52,448 nt of DNA from a virus (IMGVR_UViG_3300038393_000730:1-52448); one strand, 5' to 3'. Positions 8,406-18,071 are shown, counted from the first letter of the stretch. Numbers and translations: made by a program. Notes: generated from the letters alone by a model not told the origin.

Positions 8406-8801
8406 ATGGAGCACGCCAGCCACACCATCGTGAAGTCGTCCTTGCCCACGCAGCGGGCACGCATCAAGGCGTCGGAACTGACGCTAAAGCTGGTGCGGGC
8501 CGGGGAAACTTTCGACACCGTGACGGCAGCGGAAGGCGAGCTGCTGTCGGTGGAGTTCGCCTATGTGCCGGGCGATGCGCCACGCTCGTTCGGGCCGCCT
8601 GACACATGGGACGACGGCGCACCCGCCGAGATCCACATCCGCGCCATCCGCACCATCGTGCCCCTGTACTTCGAGGAAATGGGGCTCAAGCTGGAAATTG
8701 TGGCAGGCCACGATATCAAGAACCTTTTCAGTCTGGAAGAACTGGAAAAGGTGGAAGAAGAACTGCTGGCGCGGGCGGAAGCTGGCGCGCTGGGTGACTG
8801 A
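8406..8801 (+). CDS. Hypothetical protein
   Basis: GGGAG SD; first gene of the plus-strand operon. Confidence 0.7.
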   Translation: MEHASHTIVKSSLPTQRARIKASELTLKLVRAGETFDTVTAAEGELLSVEFAYVPGDAPRSFGPPDTWDDGAPAEIHIRAIRTIVPLYFEEMGLKLEIVAGHDIKNLFSLEELEKVEEELLARAEAGALGD

Positions 8802-8823
8802 TCACAACAGAAAGGATTGGAGC

Positions 8824-9120
8824 ATGAACTACAAGCGCATCCCCACCAGCGCCGAAGTGTACGCCGTCATCTTCGCGCGCCACCGGCACCAGCTCAAGGC
8901 GTTCGCTTCGTTCAGCGACCCGGACGGCACCTACCAAGGCGCGGACGGCACGACGGGCCGCATGGATACAAGCTGGGGGATCGACGGCGCTGACTGCCCG
9001 CTGCTGGAAATCCGCTCGACCTGGCCCATCACGCGTGACGGCAACGGCGAGCCCAAGACGGGTGAACGCCATAACGAATACTGGATCTGCTATCCGGTGG
9101 AACAAGGAGAACAACAGTGA
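8824..9120 (+). CDS. Hypothetical protein
   Basis: GGAG SD; FASFSDPDG motif; coupled to the SSAP gene. Confidence 0.7.
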   Translation: MNYKRIPTSAEVYAVIFARHRHQLKAFASFSDPDGTYQGADGTTGRMDTSWGIDGADCPLLEIRSTWPITRDGNGEPKTGERHNEYWICYPVEQGEQQ

Positions 9121-9788
9121 GCGAAGAAAAGCAACTCTCGATCGAGGCGCTGGCCAAGCTGCGCGCCCCGTTCGATTCCAACCACATCGCCCTCAAGCCG
9201 GTGCCGACCAAGAAGCAGACCGAGGATGTGCGCAGCGGCACCGTGCGCGCCGAACACTGCGACAAGTGCGGCGGCTACCACCACCCGAAGGCCCAGCACC
9301 TGTCCTACGTCGGCCACGCGGCGATCACGCACCGCCTGCTGGACGTGGACCCGTTCTGGTCCTGGGAGCCGGTTGCCTTCGATGCCAAGGGCTTGCCGGC
9401 GATTGACGGCGACGGCGGCATGTGGATCAGGCTGACCGTGTGCGGGGTGTCGCGCCTGGGCTATGGTGACGCGCAGGGCAAGACCGGGCCGGACGCTATG
9501 AAGGAGCGCATTGGCGATGCGCTGCGCAACGCCGGCATGCGCTTTGGCATGGCGCTGGAACTGTGGCATAAGGGCGTGCTGGAAATGGAGCCGGAACGCT
9601 TCGAGCCGAACAGCGCCGACAAGTGGGTGATGAAGGCCGGCGCTGCGGCTACGCTGGCCGAACTGGAAACCTGCTGGACCGATGGGGCGCGTGACCTGAT
9701 CGAGAAGAACGACCGCACCGCCTATGATGAGTTCAAGGCAGCGGTCAAGGCACGCAAGGAGGAACTCAAGCCAGCGGAGGGCGCATGA
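9117..9788 (+). CDS. Rad52/Rad22-like single-strand annealing protein
   Basis: LRAPF, LSYVGHAAITHRLLDVDPFWSW, KERIGDALRNAGMRFG. Confidence 0.85.
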   Translation: MSEEKQLSIEALAKLRAPFDSNHIALKPVPTKKQTEDVRSGTVRAEHCDKCGGYHHPKAQHLSYVGHAAITHRLLDVDPFWSWEPVAFDAKGLPAIDGDGGMWIRLTVCGVSRLGYGDAQGKTGPDAMKERIGDALRNAGMRFGMALELWHKGVLEMEPERFEPNSADKWVMKAGAAATLAELETCWTDGARDLIEKNDRTAYDEFKAAVKARKEELKPAEGA

Positions 9789-10573
9789 GATTCATCGAAT
9801 GCCCTCAAGGAGCGCCGGACTGGCACGCCGCCCGGTGCGGCAAGATCACCGCCAGCGAGTTCGCATGCGCCATTTCCACCGTGGGCGGGCTGACCGAGCA
9901 GCAGAAGAAATACGTGGAAGCCGTGCGCGGCGGCATGGACCCAAAGGCTGCGCTGGCTGTTGCCGGGTACAAGGCAGCGCCGACTGCCGACAGTGTGCGC
10001 CGCGCGCTGCTGGGTGAAGATACGGAGCAGCCGTCCGACACAGCGCGCCGCTACGCTGCCGACCTGGCAATCGAGCGCATCAGCGGCAAGCCCTACGGCG
10101 AACCACCGAAAGCCTGGGTACTGGAACGTGGTCACATCATGGAAGATGCGGCCCGGCTGCGCTACGAGGCCCGCGCGCTGGACGCCCATGTGACACAGGC
10201 CGGCATCTGCCTGACCGATGACGACACCTTCGGCTACAGCTCGGATGGGCTCGTGGGCGACGACGGCCTCATCGAAATCAAGGCGCCGATCGACGGCACC
10301 AAGATCCTCGCCATGTGGCAGACGGGCGACGTGTCCGAGTACATGCACCAGATGCAGGGCGGCATGTGGATCACTGGGCGGCGCTGGTGCGACTTCATCA
10401 TGTACTGCCCTGATCTGGAAGCCGTGGGCAAGGATTTGTTCGTCAAGCGCATCCACCGGGACGATGCCTTTATTGACGACATGGTGGCGAAGCTGGCGAA
10501 GTTCGACAAACTCGTACAGGCCAACGTGGCGATCCTGCGCGCCAGCACCGGGCAAGTTCTGGAGGCGGCATGA
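9785..10573 (+). CDS. YqaJ/lambda-exonuclease family protein
   Basis: QGAPDWHAARCGKITAS, RGHIME, SSDGLV, IEIKAP, QMQGGMW. Confidence 0.92.
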   Translation: MRFIECPQGAPDWHAARCGKITASEFACAISTVGGLTEQQKKYVEAVRGGMDPKAALAVAGYKAAPTADSVRRALLGEDTEQPSDTARRYAADLAIERISGKPYGEPPKAWVLERGHIMEDAARLRYEARALDAHVTQAGICLTDDDTFGYSSDGLVGDDGLIEIKAPIDGTKILAMWQTGDVSEYMHQMQGGMWITGRRWCDFIMYCPDLEAVGKDLFVKRIHRDDAFIDDMVAKLAKFDKLVQANVAILRASTGQVLEAA

Positions 10574-10848
10574 CCAAGCGCACCGACCTTGAAACCGGCG
10601 CCGAAGCGCGCCTTCACGACAACCGCACGATCGACCTGCTGGAGCAGATGCCGCTGATCGACTGGGACGCGCGGCAGGTGCCGCCAAACCGCCCGCTGAC
10701 GCTGGACATGGCGAAGGATGCTGCAGCAGAGCATGCGTTCCGCCAGGCCGTGCGCCAGCTCGTGCGATCGCGTAGCTACGACGCCATCCGGGAACTGCTG
10801 GACGAGGAACTGGAAGGGCCGAAACCAAAGGACCAGGAGGCATCATGA
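10570..10848 (+). CDS. Hypothetical protein
   Basis: GGAGG SD; ATGA coupling. Confidence 0.6.
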   Translation: MTKRTDLETGAEARLHDNRTIDLLEQMPLIDWDARQVPPNRPLTLDMAKDAAAEHAFRQAVRQLVRSRSYDAIRELLDEELEGPKPKDQEAS

Positions 10849-11012
10849 CCGAGCAGCACAACACCGAGCCCGCACGCCAGCCAGTGGACGACCGCGCCGC
10901 CGTTGCCGCACTGCTCGCTGCCGTGCGCAACCTCACCAACACCCGCGACGAGGTAGGCATCCGCGAACTGTTCGAGCAAGCCCTGACTGCTGCTTACGGG
11001 GTGGCTGGCTGA
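10845..11012 (+). CDS. 55-aa hypothetical protein
   Basis: Read manually; AGGAGG SD; coupled at both ends. Confidence 0.55.
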   Translation: MTEQHNTEPARQPVDDRAAVAALLAAVRNLTNTRDEVGIRELFEQALTAAYGVAG

Positions 11013-11422
11013 TGGCCAAGCGTACCTTGTGCCTGTCCAGCGAAGCGGTGCGCGAGCGGGCCTTGCAGGCGGTGCGCGAAGCCCCGGATGGCTGGTTCGT
11101 CAGCATCGGGCCGGAAGGCAGGACCGAAGAACAGAGTGCGCTGTTCCATGCGCTGTGCGACGACCTGGCCCGGTCCGGCGTCAAGTGGGCAGGTCGGCCG
11201 CGCAACGCGCGCCAATGGAAGACCTTGTTGGTATGCGGTCACACGACCGCCACGCGCGACGATGCCGAACTCATCATTGGTCTGGAAGGCGAGCCCGTCC
11301 TGATCCGCGAATCGACCGCCAGCATGAGCAAGGCGCGTATGGCATCCCTGATCGAATACGCCTATGCGTTCTGCGCGACCAACGGCGTAGCGGTTACGCA
11401 ACAAGCCGAAAATTACCAGTAG
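11012..11422 (+). CDS. ninB: NinB/Orf-family recombination protein
   Basis: RTEEQSALFHA...D, WK.L, GLEGEPV, STASMSKARMASLIEYAYAF. Confidence 0.85.
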   Translation: MAKRTLCLSSEAVRERALQAVREAPDGWFVSIGPEGRTEEQSALFHALCDDLARSGVKWAGRPRNARQWKTLLVCGHTTATRDDAELIIGLEGEPVLIRESTASMSKARMASLIEYAYAFCATNGVAVTQQAENYQ

Positions 11423-11483
11423 CAAATGCGACGAGAATCCTGTATGGTATCTCGTGATATCAGATCATATGGAGCGAAACCAG

Positions 11484-11663
11484 ATGCAAGCACAAACCAA
11501 ACGGACGCGCGGGCCTTCCGCGGCAAGCGTGGATGCGCAGAAATACTTGAAGCGCCACCCCAAAACTTCGGCCGGCGAGCTGTCGCGGCGGTTTAAGATT
11601 GCAGTATCGACGGTGCGCCGCTCCGAGTGGTGGAAGGGCCGGGCAAACAAGGTGACAGCATGA
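11484..11663 (+). CDS. Small HTH protein
   Basis: SAGELSRRFKIAVSTVRR. Confidence 0.55.
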   Translation: MQAQTKRTRGPSAASVDAQKYLKRHPKTSAGELSRRFKIAVSTVRRSEWWKGRANKVTA

Positions 11664-11787
11664 TCCGCGCCGCCACCTCTGCCCTGCTCCGCCTGGCCGA
11701 CTGGTACGCCGAGCAGAACGAAGCACTGTACCTCGCTGCAGTTGGGGTGCTGGGCCTTCTCGTGATGAACTGTTTTGGAGGTAAGGC

Positions 11788-12033
11788 ATGAGCACACTGA
11801 CCGAAAAGCTGGCCGAAGTAGCGCGCAACTGGAAGCGGATGCGCATGCAAGCGCAGATCGCCCACTTCGACAATGAGATTGAGTCAATCCGGCAGATGCG
11901 CGCCTTCGACCACGAGTGCGAACTGGCAATGAAAGAGGAACGCGCCCGCCTTGCCCGCTGCCTTCAAGTGATGAAGCAGGAAGACATCAACCGCGTGACC
12001 GCCGCCAATGTGCGTGCGATGGCGCAGAAGTAA
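11788..12033 (+). CDS. Hypothetical coiled-coil protein
   Basis: GGAGG SD; 81-aa ORF. Confidence 0.6.
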   Translation: MSTLTEKLAEVARNWKRMRMQAQIAHFDNEIESIRQMRAFDHECELAMKEERARLARCLQVMKQEDINRVTAANVRAMAQK

Positions 12034-12050
12034 TCGACTAGGGAGAGAAC

Positions 12051-13292
12051 ATGGACAAGAACGAAAAGACGACGAGTGATGTGGGGCTGACGGATAGCAT
12101 CAGCGCACTTTTGGGCACACTCGACCAGCACATGCACATGAACGACTACTCCGGCCTCGAAGTCAGCAAGCACCACGCCGACACTATCACTGCCGCAATC
12201 GAAAAGGTACGCGAAGTCCTCGCCACCCGCGCACCGGCTGATCTGAGCGGGCTGACGCGCGCCTACAACAGCGGCTACAAGGCTGGCCACCACGATACAG
12301 TGGAAGCGCAGTACACCGATATCGACCAGCGCGACATGCTCACGTATCACGCCGACGTTGTGGCTGAACTCGTAGCAGATGGCACGATCCCCGCCGCGCC
12401 TTCCACCAAGGCAGCACAGCCAGCAGCGGGGCAGGTGCCGGGCCTGAGCCTGTCGAATGCCGAGATTGACGCCATCATTCGCGTGCTCCGTTCTGCCCCG
12501 GCTGGCGCGGATTGGGAGGCCGTCGATAGCGCATCGAGATACTTGCAGGCGTGGCGCGCTCGATCGGCTGCCCCTGTCCCACCAGTACCCGCAGCCGAGC
12601 AGCCGGGCGACAAGCTGCCGAAGTGGATTGACGCGCTCAAGGGTAAAGACCCGACTATTGACGAGCTGATCGAGTACATCATTGAACTGAATGAGTGCTT
12701 CGACGCCCACCTCGCGCGCCAGGCTCAGGCTGGGGCGGTGGCGAACTTACCGCTGACCGCCGAGGACGCGATCGCATTTATTGGCAACCACTTCGACAGC
12801 ATGGCCGAAGCCGCGGACCCGATGAACGTACGGTTCACGCTTTCCGTGCACGACCTGCTGTCGGCGTTCCGCTGGTGGGCTGACGCCGACATCGCCGCCC
12901 CGACCAGCACCGATGCCAGCGCACATAACGAGGCGGTGGCGTGGATGGTGCTCGACTGCATCAACTTCAAGCCGTCAAGCGTCACGCTCGACAAAGCGGA
13001 TATCGAAGACCACAACCCCGCGCATGTCGTGGAGCTTGTCGCCGCTCCCAAGCGCGTCAGCGCACAGGCCGCACAAGCCGATGTGAGGGATGCGGCGCTG
13101 GAGGAAGCCGAGGAAGGCGCACAAATTCTCGACGACCTCATCAAGAGCGTTGAACAGCATGGGAACTACAGCAAGGAAAGTACGCTGGTTTTCCTCAACC
13201 AGCTGAAGCAATGCGTAGACGGCACCGTGCGCGCCCTGCGCGCCACCCGCACCCCGGCAGACGACAGCCAGCCCGCTGTGGGAGGTGCGTGA
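12051..13292 (+). CDS. Mosaic multi-module accessory protein
   Basis: Several short modules separated by Ala/Pro/Gln linkers. Confidence 0.75.
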   Translation: MDKNEKTTSDVGLTDSISALLGTLDQHMHMNDYSGLEVSKHHADTITAAIEKVREVLATRAPADLSGLTRAYNSGYKAGHHDTVEAQYTDIDQRDMLTYHADVVAELVADGTIPAAPSTKAAQPAAGQVPGLSLSNAEIDAIIRVLRSAPAGADWEAVDSASRYLQAWRARSAAPVPPVPAAEQPGDKLPKWIDALKGKDPTIDELIEYIIELNECFDAHLARQAQAGAVANLPLTAEDAIAFIGNHFDSMAEAADPMNVRFTLSVHDLLSAFRWWADADIAAPTSTDASAHNEAVAWMVLDCINFKPSSVTLDKADIEDHNPAHVVELVAAPKRVSAQAAQADVRDAALEEAEEGAQILDDLIKSVEQHGNYSKESTLVFLNQLKQCVDGTVRALRATRTPADDSQPAVGGA

Positions 13293-13480
13293 TGAAGCCA
13301 TCGAAAAAGCGCAAATGCGGCAGCTGCGGCGGGTATTGCGGTGGCCGACGCGGAAGTTGCAAGTTCGCGGCTAACGAAGCAAAGCGCCGCGCCGACGAAA
13401 TTTGGCAGCACGCGACTGGCAAATCCCCCTCCCAGGAGGCAGACGACAGCCAGAAAGGAGGCGGCGATGCGGCAAATTAA
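13292..13480 (+). CDS. Small Cys-rich protein (KCGSCGGYCG)
   Basis: GGAGG SD; flanked by the direct repeat GGCAGACGACAGCCAG. Confidence 0.55.
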   Translation: MKPSKKRKCGSCGGYCGGRRGSCKFAANEAKRRADEIWQHATGKSPSQEADDSQKGGGDAAN

Positions 13481-13664
13481 CCAGCTCAAGAAGGCCGCGC
13501 GCCACCACTACGAAGCGTACCGCGCTGCGACCTCGCACCTCGACTGTGGTGCGACTTTGGCTGAGCACATCCGGCCCGACGCCGCGAAGCACAAGGACGC
13601 CTTCAACAACACGATGGATGAACTGGCGAAGCTGGACCCGAGCGCGCCGGCATTTCGCCTCTAA
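13467..13664 (+). CDS. Hypothetical protein
   Basis: AAAGGAGG SD. Confidence 0.65.
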   Translation: MRQINQLKKAARHHYEAYRAATSHLDCGATLAEHIRPDAAKHKDAFNNTMDELAKLDPSAPAFRL

Positions 13665-13672
13665 GGACAACC

Positions 13673-14713
13673 ATGACCAACACTACCAACCCGAAATGCC
13701 GCGCGACTTTCCCCGGCGAGGCGCTTGGCATCCTTGAGAGCTACCTTGAGCAATGCGCCGTCGAGGCACCGCAAGCGGCCACCACGGAGCAGGCCGGGCC
13801 TCGGCTGACGGTCGAACAGTGCATCCAGCAGTTCCGCATGTACGCAGACGGATGCGACAAACTCGGCAATGCCGAAGGCGCGCGCCAGCTTCGCCTGTGC
13901 GCTGAATTCCTGAGCGAGTATGGCCCTGCGGCCACCACGGCAAGCGCCCCGCAATACGAGAACGTCACCGACCACAGCGGCAAGATCATCGGCGTGCGCA
14001 TGACGAACGCGGACCAGATGCCGAGCTACGGGGCGACCACGGCAAGCGCGAGCGGCGTGGACCTGACCGACTACAGTCAGCCCGTGGTTTACTCGAACAA
14101 CGCAGGCCGCGCCCCAGCACCCAGCCGTGAGGCTGCTGTACCGCAGTTTGGCGTGACCAGCATCCTGCGCTCGATCATCAAGGACGGCTACCTGTCAGAG
14201 ACCAACGTAGGCCGTGCTCGCGCCGCCCTTGCTGGCCGTGATGCCGCACCGCTGGATGAGCTGTGGATGCACGAGGACATGGACCGCGATGCGACCGAAG
14301 CGATCCTCAACCTGCCGGGGAAGGAACTCAAAGCCTACTTCGTGCAGGCCCGCGAGGACGTGGCAACCTGGCGGCGGCGCGCGTTGACGGCGGAAGCCGC
14401 ACTCGCCAAGCCAGCAGCGCCTGTAGTGGACGGGGAGCTTGTCGAAGCGATGAGGCCGCACCTGTTCAAAGCAGATGGCGGCTATACCTGCGATACCGCA
14501 CCAGAACATGTCGCAGCCGCTGGCCACGCCGCCATCGCCGCCGCTCGCAGCGCACCAGTGGGCGAACAGGTCGCTTGGCTGTTTGAGAACCACCAAGGCG
14601 AGCGCGGCACTTCGTTGCTCGCCCATGTGCCGCGCGGCGTAGCGCAAAAATGGCCGCTCTATCTCGCCGCCCCATCGCACCCCGAGCCAGCAGGCGGGAA
14701 GGAGCAGGCATGA
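13673..14713 (+). CDS. Mosaic multi-module accessory protein
   Basis: Modules separated by repeated ATTASA linkers and by boxes A-C shared with 51933-52448. Confidence 0.75.
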   Translation: MTNTTNPKCRATFPGEALGILESYLEQCAVEAPQAATTEQAGPRLTVEQCIQQFRMYADGCDKLGNAEGARQLRLCAEFLSEYGPAATTASAPQYENVTDHSGKIIGVRMTNADQMPSYGATTASASGVDLTDYSQPVVYSNNAGRAPAPSREAAVPQFGVTSILRSIIKDGYLSETNVGRARAALAGRDAAPLDELWMHEDMDRDATEAILNLPGKELKAYFVQAREDVATWRRRALTAEAALAKPAAPVVDGELVEAMRPHLFKADGGYTCDTAPEHVAAAGHAAIAAARSAPVGEQVAWLFENHQGERGTSLLAHVPRGVAQKWPLYLAAPSHPEPAGGKEQA

Positions 14714-15069
14714 GCGTGCTCGACATCGAACAACTGCGCAAGCAGTTCGAAGAAGACTATGCAGCGGCACAGATGCCCGCCGAGTCAGACTGGTTCAGGC
14801 TCGACGCTGATGGCGATTATCGCTACCGCGAAACTGACAGCGCGTGGGAGGGCTACCAACTCGCCGCTAAGCGCATCACCCGCCTGCAGCCCGCACCCAT
14901 TCCAGTGCAAGCGGGGGAGCAGTCGCCCGAGCCCCAGCCGTGCTGCATTTGCGGGGAGGCCACGACTCATTGCGTCGCGGATGAGCCGTTCTGCGACGAA
15001 CACCTGCAAGAGTTCCGCTCCTTCCAGCTAGAAAAGTACGGCGCCGCCATCAAAGCAGGCGGGCAAGGC
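14402..15069 (+). repeat. Linker boxes A-E, left-arm copies
   Basis: A 14402-14439, B 14535-14558, C 14665-14713, D 14887-14919, E 15041-15069; each has an inverted copy in 51398-52379. Confidence 0.95.
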
Positions 15070-15318
15070 GAGCCGGAAGAAATCGACCCCGGCGCACTGT
15101 ACGCTGTCCGCGTCGATAGCCCCTATACCACGGGCTTGACCTATTGGACGATCGGCAAGAACCACGGCGTAGGCTGGATGAACCGCGACGATGGAAGCTG
15201 GGTCGGGCCTGTGCGCGGCGTCGTCGAGTATCACAAGCTGATCGATCCTGAGCGCAGCATCCTTGGGCATATACCCGAAGACGGGGCAGGCGGGCAAGGC
15301 GGGGAGGATGGAAAATGA
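14710..15318 (+). CDS. Mosaic accessory protein with a Zn-finger module
   Basis: AAGGAG SD inside box C; modules separated by boxes D and E; CCICG...FCDEH. Confidence 0.75.
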   Translation: MSVLDIEQLRKQFEEDYAAAQMPAESDWFRLDADGDYRYRETDSAWEGYQLAAKRITRLQPAPIPVQAGEQSPEPQPCCICGEATTHCVADEPFCDEHLQEFRSFQLEKYGAAIKAGGQGEPEEIDPGALYAVRVDSPYTTGLTYWTIGKNHGVGWMNRDDGSWVGPVRGVVEYHKLIDPERSILGHIPEDGAGGQGGEDGK

Positions 15319-15611
15319 GCATCACTACCGAAACAGCGACTGTCTATCGCGGCGGCAGTCGTCGCTGGTTTAGCCTGAAAGCTGCGTGCAATGCCGAAGC
15401 TTGGGCCATCATGCGGCGCAAAGACAAACCGCGCTGCGAATGCGAGCAGGCCGATATCGACTACATCAACGGCGTCAGCCACCTACTCAGCCCGCCCTAT
15501 ACCTGCCGACTGCACGAACACGAGCGGCTGGGGAAACGTCATCGTCGGTTGGCGCGCTTGATCCGCGCCGCCATCACAGCCAAGGAGAACAAGCATGGAA
15601 CCGATCATTAA
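15315..15611 (+). CDS. Hypothetical protein
   Basis: GGAGG SD; ATGA coupling. Confidence 0.65.
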   Translation: MSITTETATVYRGGSRRWFSLKAACNAEAWAIMRRKDKPRCECEQADIDYINGVSHLLSPPYTCRLHEHERLGKRHRRLARLIRAAITAKENKHGTDH

Positions 15612-15918
15612 ATCCCTCGTTGCCACGCTCTCTACTGCCTGCGCCGTGGCCTCGATGTGCTACAGCCCCATGCTGCTGTGGGCGATCGCAATGGGCGCGG
15701 ACTGGCGCTGGGAACTGTTGCACCCCCAGGTTGACCGTATAGCGCCGATGGTGCAGGGCTCGGTGGCGCTCGGCTTCATGGCGATGGCCGCATGCATGTG
15801 TGTGGACGTGGGCGCGGCCTATCCGAAGTTCAAGCCAGTGGCGCTTGGCGGCTGCCTTGTCGCCGCCTGCCTCGTGGCCTTGCACTGGCTGCTGCATGCA
15901 CAGTTCAGCCTGTTGTAA
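15595..15918 (+). CDS. Hypothetical membrane protein (about 3 TM helices)
   Basis: AAGGAG SD; three hydrophobic segments. Confidence 0.6.
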   Translation: MEPIIKSLVATLSTACAVASMCYSPMLLWAIAMGADWRWELLHPQVDRIAPMVQGSVALGFMAMAACMCVDVGAAYPKFKPVALGGCLVAACLVALHWLLHAQFSLL

Positions 15919-16027
15919 CAGTACCTGATACGATATGGCTTCGTATCTGGCCATTGCTTGAGCTATCGCATTACCTGCCAAGCCCGCTTTGCCACCATGA
16001 AGGCATCCCCACTACCAGGATGCCGCC

Positions 16028-16372
16028 ATGTTCCGCCACGCCTCGCTCTACCTTGCCGCCGCGCTGCCGGCGCTTTCCCATGCAGCCCCTGCTTACCAGT
16101 TCGACCTGACCGGCGAGCAGTTCGCCGCGGCACTCGCCAAGCAGCCCGCCGATCCCTTCACCATGCGCGAACGCGACCGGGCCTATGCCTACCTCGATGG
16201 GGTCAAGGATGCGATCGTCGGGAAAGAATGGTGCCCGCCACAGCCGCGCAAGACACATGAACTGGCCTACGACGCTGCTGCCTACATCCGCAGCTTGCAT
16301 GCGGACCTGCGCCGCGGCAATGCCGCCCGGTTGCTCGTGGCCTACCTGGTCGCTACCTCCCCCTGCAAGTGA
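16028..16372 (+). CDS. Rap1a/Tai-type periplasmic amidase immunity protein
   Basis: Sec signal ending SHA-A; LTGEQF, AYLDGVKD, WCPP, NAARLL, C-terminal PCK. Confidence 0.8.
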   Translation: MFRHASLYLAAALPALSHAAPAYQFDLTGEQFAAALAKQPADPFTMRERDRAYAYLDGVKDAIVGKEWCPPQPRKTHELAYDAAAYIRSLHADLRRGNAARLLVAYLVATSPCK

Positions 16373-16379
16373 GGCGCAC

Positions 16380-16856
16380 ATGGCAAAGATCACCTATGCC
16401 GCCCTGCGCAGGCACTACCCTACCCACGAGCAGTTCGACGGCGCCGCCCTGTACGCCAGCATCGGCCACCCGGACAAGGGCAGGAACCCAAGCTGGCAAA
16501 ACACCTGTGCAATCCGTGTCAGCCTGGCCCTGCTGGGCGCCGGGGTGGCGATCACGCCCGGTTTCCTCACCGCGCTGTCCGGTCCCTACAAGGGCCGGCG
16601 CATCGAGTCGCGCCAGAAGATCCTGTCGAATTTCCTGCGCGCCAGGCTGGGCCAGCCCGAGGTCTACCAGAACGGCTACCGCGCCTGGAGCCAGATCCGG
16701 CCGCGCCACGGCATCGTGTCGTTCTACCGCCTCAACGGCGCATGGGACACGCAGGGCCACATCGACTTGATCGAACCTGCCACCATGAACGACCTGCAGT
16801 GCGCCAGCGCCTGCTACTGGTCGTCGTCGGAAATCTGGTTCTGGCCGCTCACCTGA
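16380..16856 (+). CDS. Tae4/Ssp1-family T6SS-type peptidoglycan amidase effector
   Basis: NTCAIRVSLAL (catalytic Cys), GIVSF, GHIDL (catalytic His), C-terminal IWFWPL. Confidence 0.82.
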   Translation: MAKITYAALRRHYPTHEQFDGAALYASIGHPDKGRNPSWQNTCAIRVSLALLGAGVAITPGFLTALSGPYKGRRIESRQKILSNFLRARLGQPEVYQNGYRAWSQIRPRHGIVSFYRLNGAWDTQGHIDLIEPATMNDLQCASACYWSSSEIWFWPLT

Positions 16857-17104
16857 CCCACCATGCATTGCACGTGTTCAATTTCTACAACAGCAACGGG
16901 AATGGGTTGCAATGGGCTTGATCTTGCGCAAATACTGGTCGCCACACTATGACAAAGTGTTACAGGAATTAGAGCATAGCGTTTGATACCATCCCACCAG
17001 CTATCAAAAAAACCAAGATTTCCTTTGATCTTGTTACATACCACTTGCTATCATTGCGCCGGTTTTCAAAACTATTTTAACAATTACTAATTACGGGGTA
17101 GGAA

Positions 17105-17752
17105 ATGATCGTTTTGTGCGGGTGCGAGAAAGGAGGCGTGGGCAAGTCCACGGTCGCCGTCAACCTTGCGGTGGGCCGGGCGCGAACTGGCCGTGATGTA
17201 CTTTTGGTTAATGCAGACAAGCAAGACAGTGCCGAGGAATGGGCAGAAACGCGGCGCCACCTCGGGCACCAGCCGGTGATCCCAGCAGTGGCGATCCGCG
17301 GTCAACGCCTGCGGCATGACGTGGCGGACCTGGCGCGGCGTTACGACGACATCGTGATCGACTGCGGCGGCCGCGATTCGCTGGAACTGCGCTACGCCAT
17401 GAGCATTGCCCACATCCAGATCATGCCGTGCGAACCTTCGCAATTCGATGTAAATACGATGTACAAAATGGACCGGCTCGTATCGGAGGCCAAGATCCAC
17501 AATCCGGCGCTGCGCGCCGTCGCACTGGTGAACAAGGCGCCGACGAATCCGGCGATGGGCGACACCCGAGAAATGCTCGATGCGCTGGCCGACATGCAGC
17601 ACTATGGCGTTCTCGATACGCGCCTGTATGCACGCAAGGCATACCGCCTGTGTGGGCGGGACGGGGTGGCCGTGTTTGAACTGGACAGCCCGGACCCCAA
17701 GGCCACGGCCGAGGTGGAAGCGTTGAACGTGGAAGTGTGGGGGACGGAATGA
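17105..17752 (+). CDS. parA: Plasmid-type ParA partition ATPase
   Basis: Deviant Walker A EKGGVGKST; NADKQ; IVIDCGGRDS; PSQFD; short form without an N-terminal HTH. Confidence 0.9.
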   Translation: MIVLCGCEKGGVGKSTVAVNLAVGRARTGRDVLLVNADKQDSAEEWAETRRHLGHQPVIPAVAIRGQRLRHDVADLARRYDDIVIDCGGRDSLELRYAMSIAHIQIMPCEPSQFDVNTMYKMDRLVSEAKIHNPALRAVALVNKAPTNPAMGDTREMLDALADMQHYGVLDTRLYARKAYRLCGRDGVAVFELDSPDPKATAEVEALNVEVWGTE

Positions 17753-18060
17753 ACCAGAACCGCGGTTTTCGCAAGCCAGGCGTCGCCACCCCGGACGTGG
17801 ACGAATGGGCCAAGCAGGCAGATTCCCAGCCAGCCGATCCGGTGGCCCAGCCGTGGCGCAACGCTGACCCGACGCGCATGCAGCAGTTCCTAGCCCGCAT
17901 GCCAGCGCCCCTGCACGCCAAGCTGACATGGCTCAAGGCAAACCTGCCCGGTGGCCCGTCAATCCAGCAACAGGTGCTCGGTGCTGCGGAAGAGTGGGCC
18001 GACAAGATGATTGCCCAGCTCGAAGCAGAGCGCGAGCGGCGCCGCAACGACAAGCATTGA
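17749..18060 (+). CDS. Putative small centromere-binding partner (type Ib, RHH-like)
   Basis: ATGA-coupled to parA; flexible N-terminus then QQFLARMPAPLHAKL strand-helix pattern. Confidence 0.6.
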   Translation: MNQNRGFRKPGVATPDVDEWAKQADSQPADPVAQPWRNADPTRMQQFLARMPAPLHAKLTWLKANLPGGPSIQQQVLGAAEEWADKMIAQLEAERERRRNDKH

Positions 18061-18071
18061 CGGAGAGCCCT

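Noticed and set aside
14402-15300. CRISPR array or integron attC array
   Set aside because: The boxes differ from one another, are not palindromic, are irregularly spaced and are protein-coding; no cas or intI gene is present
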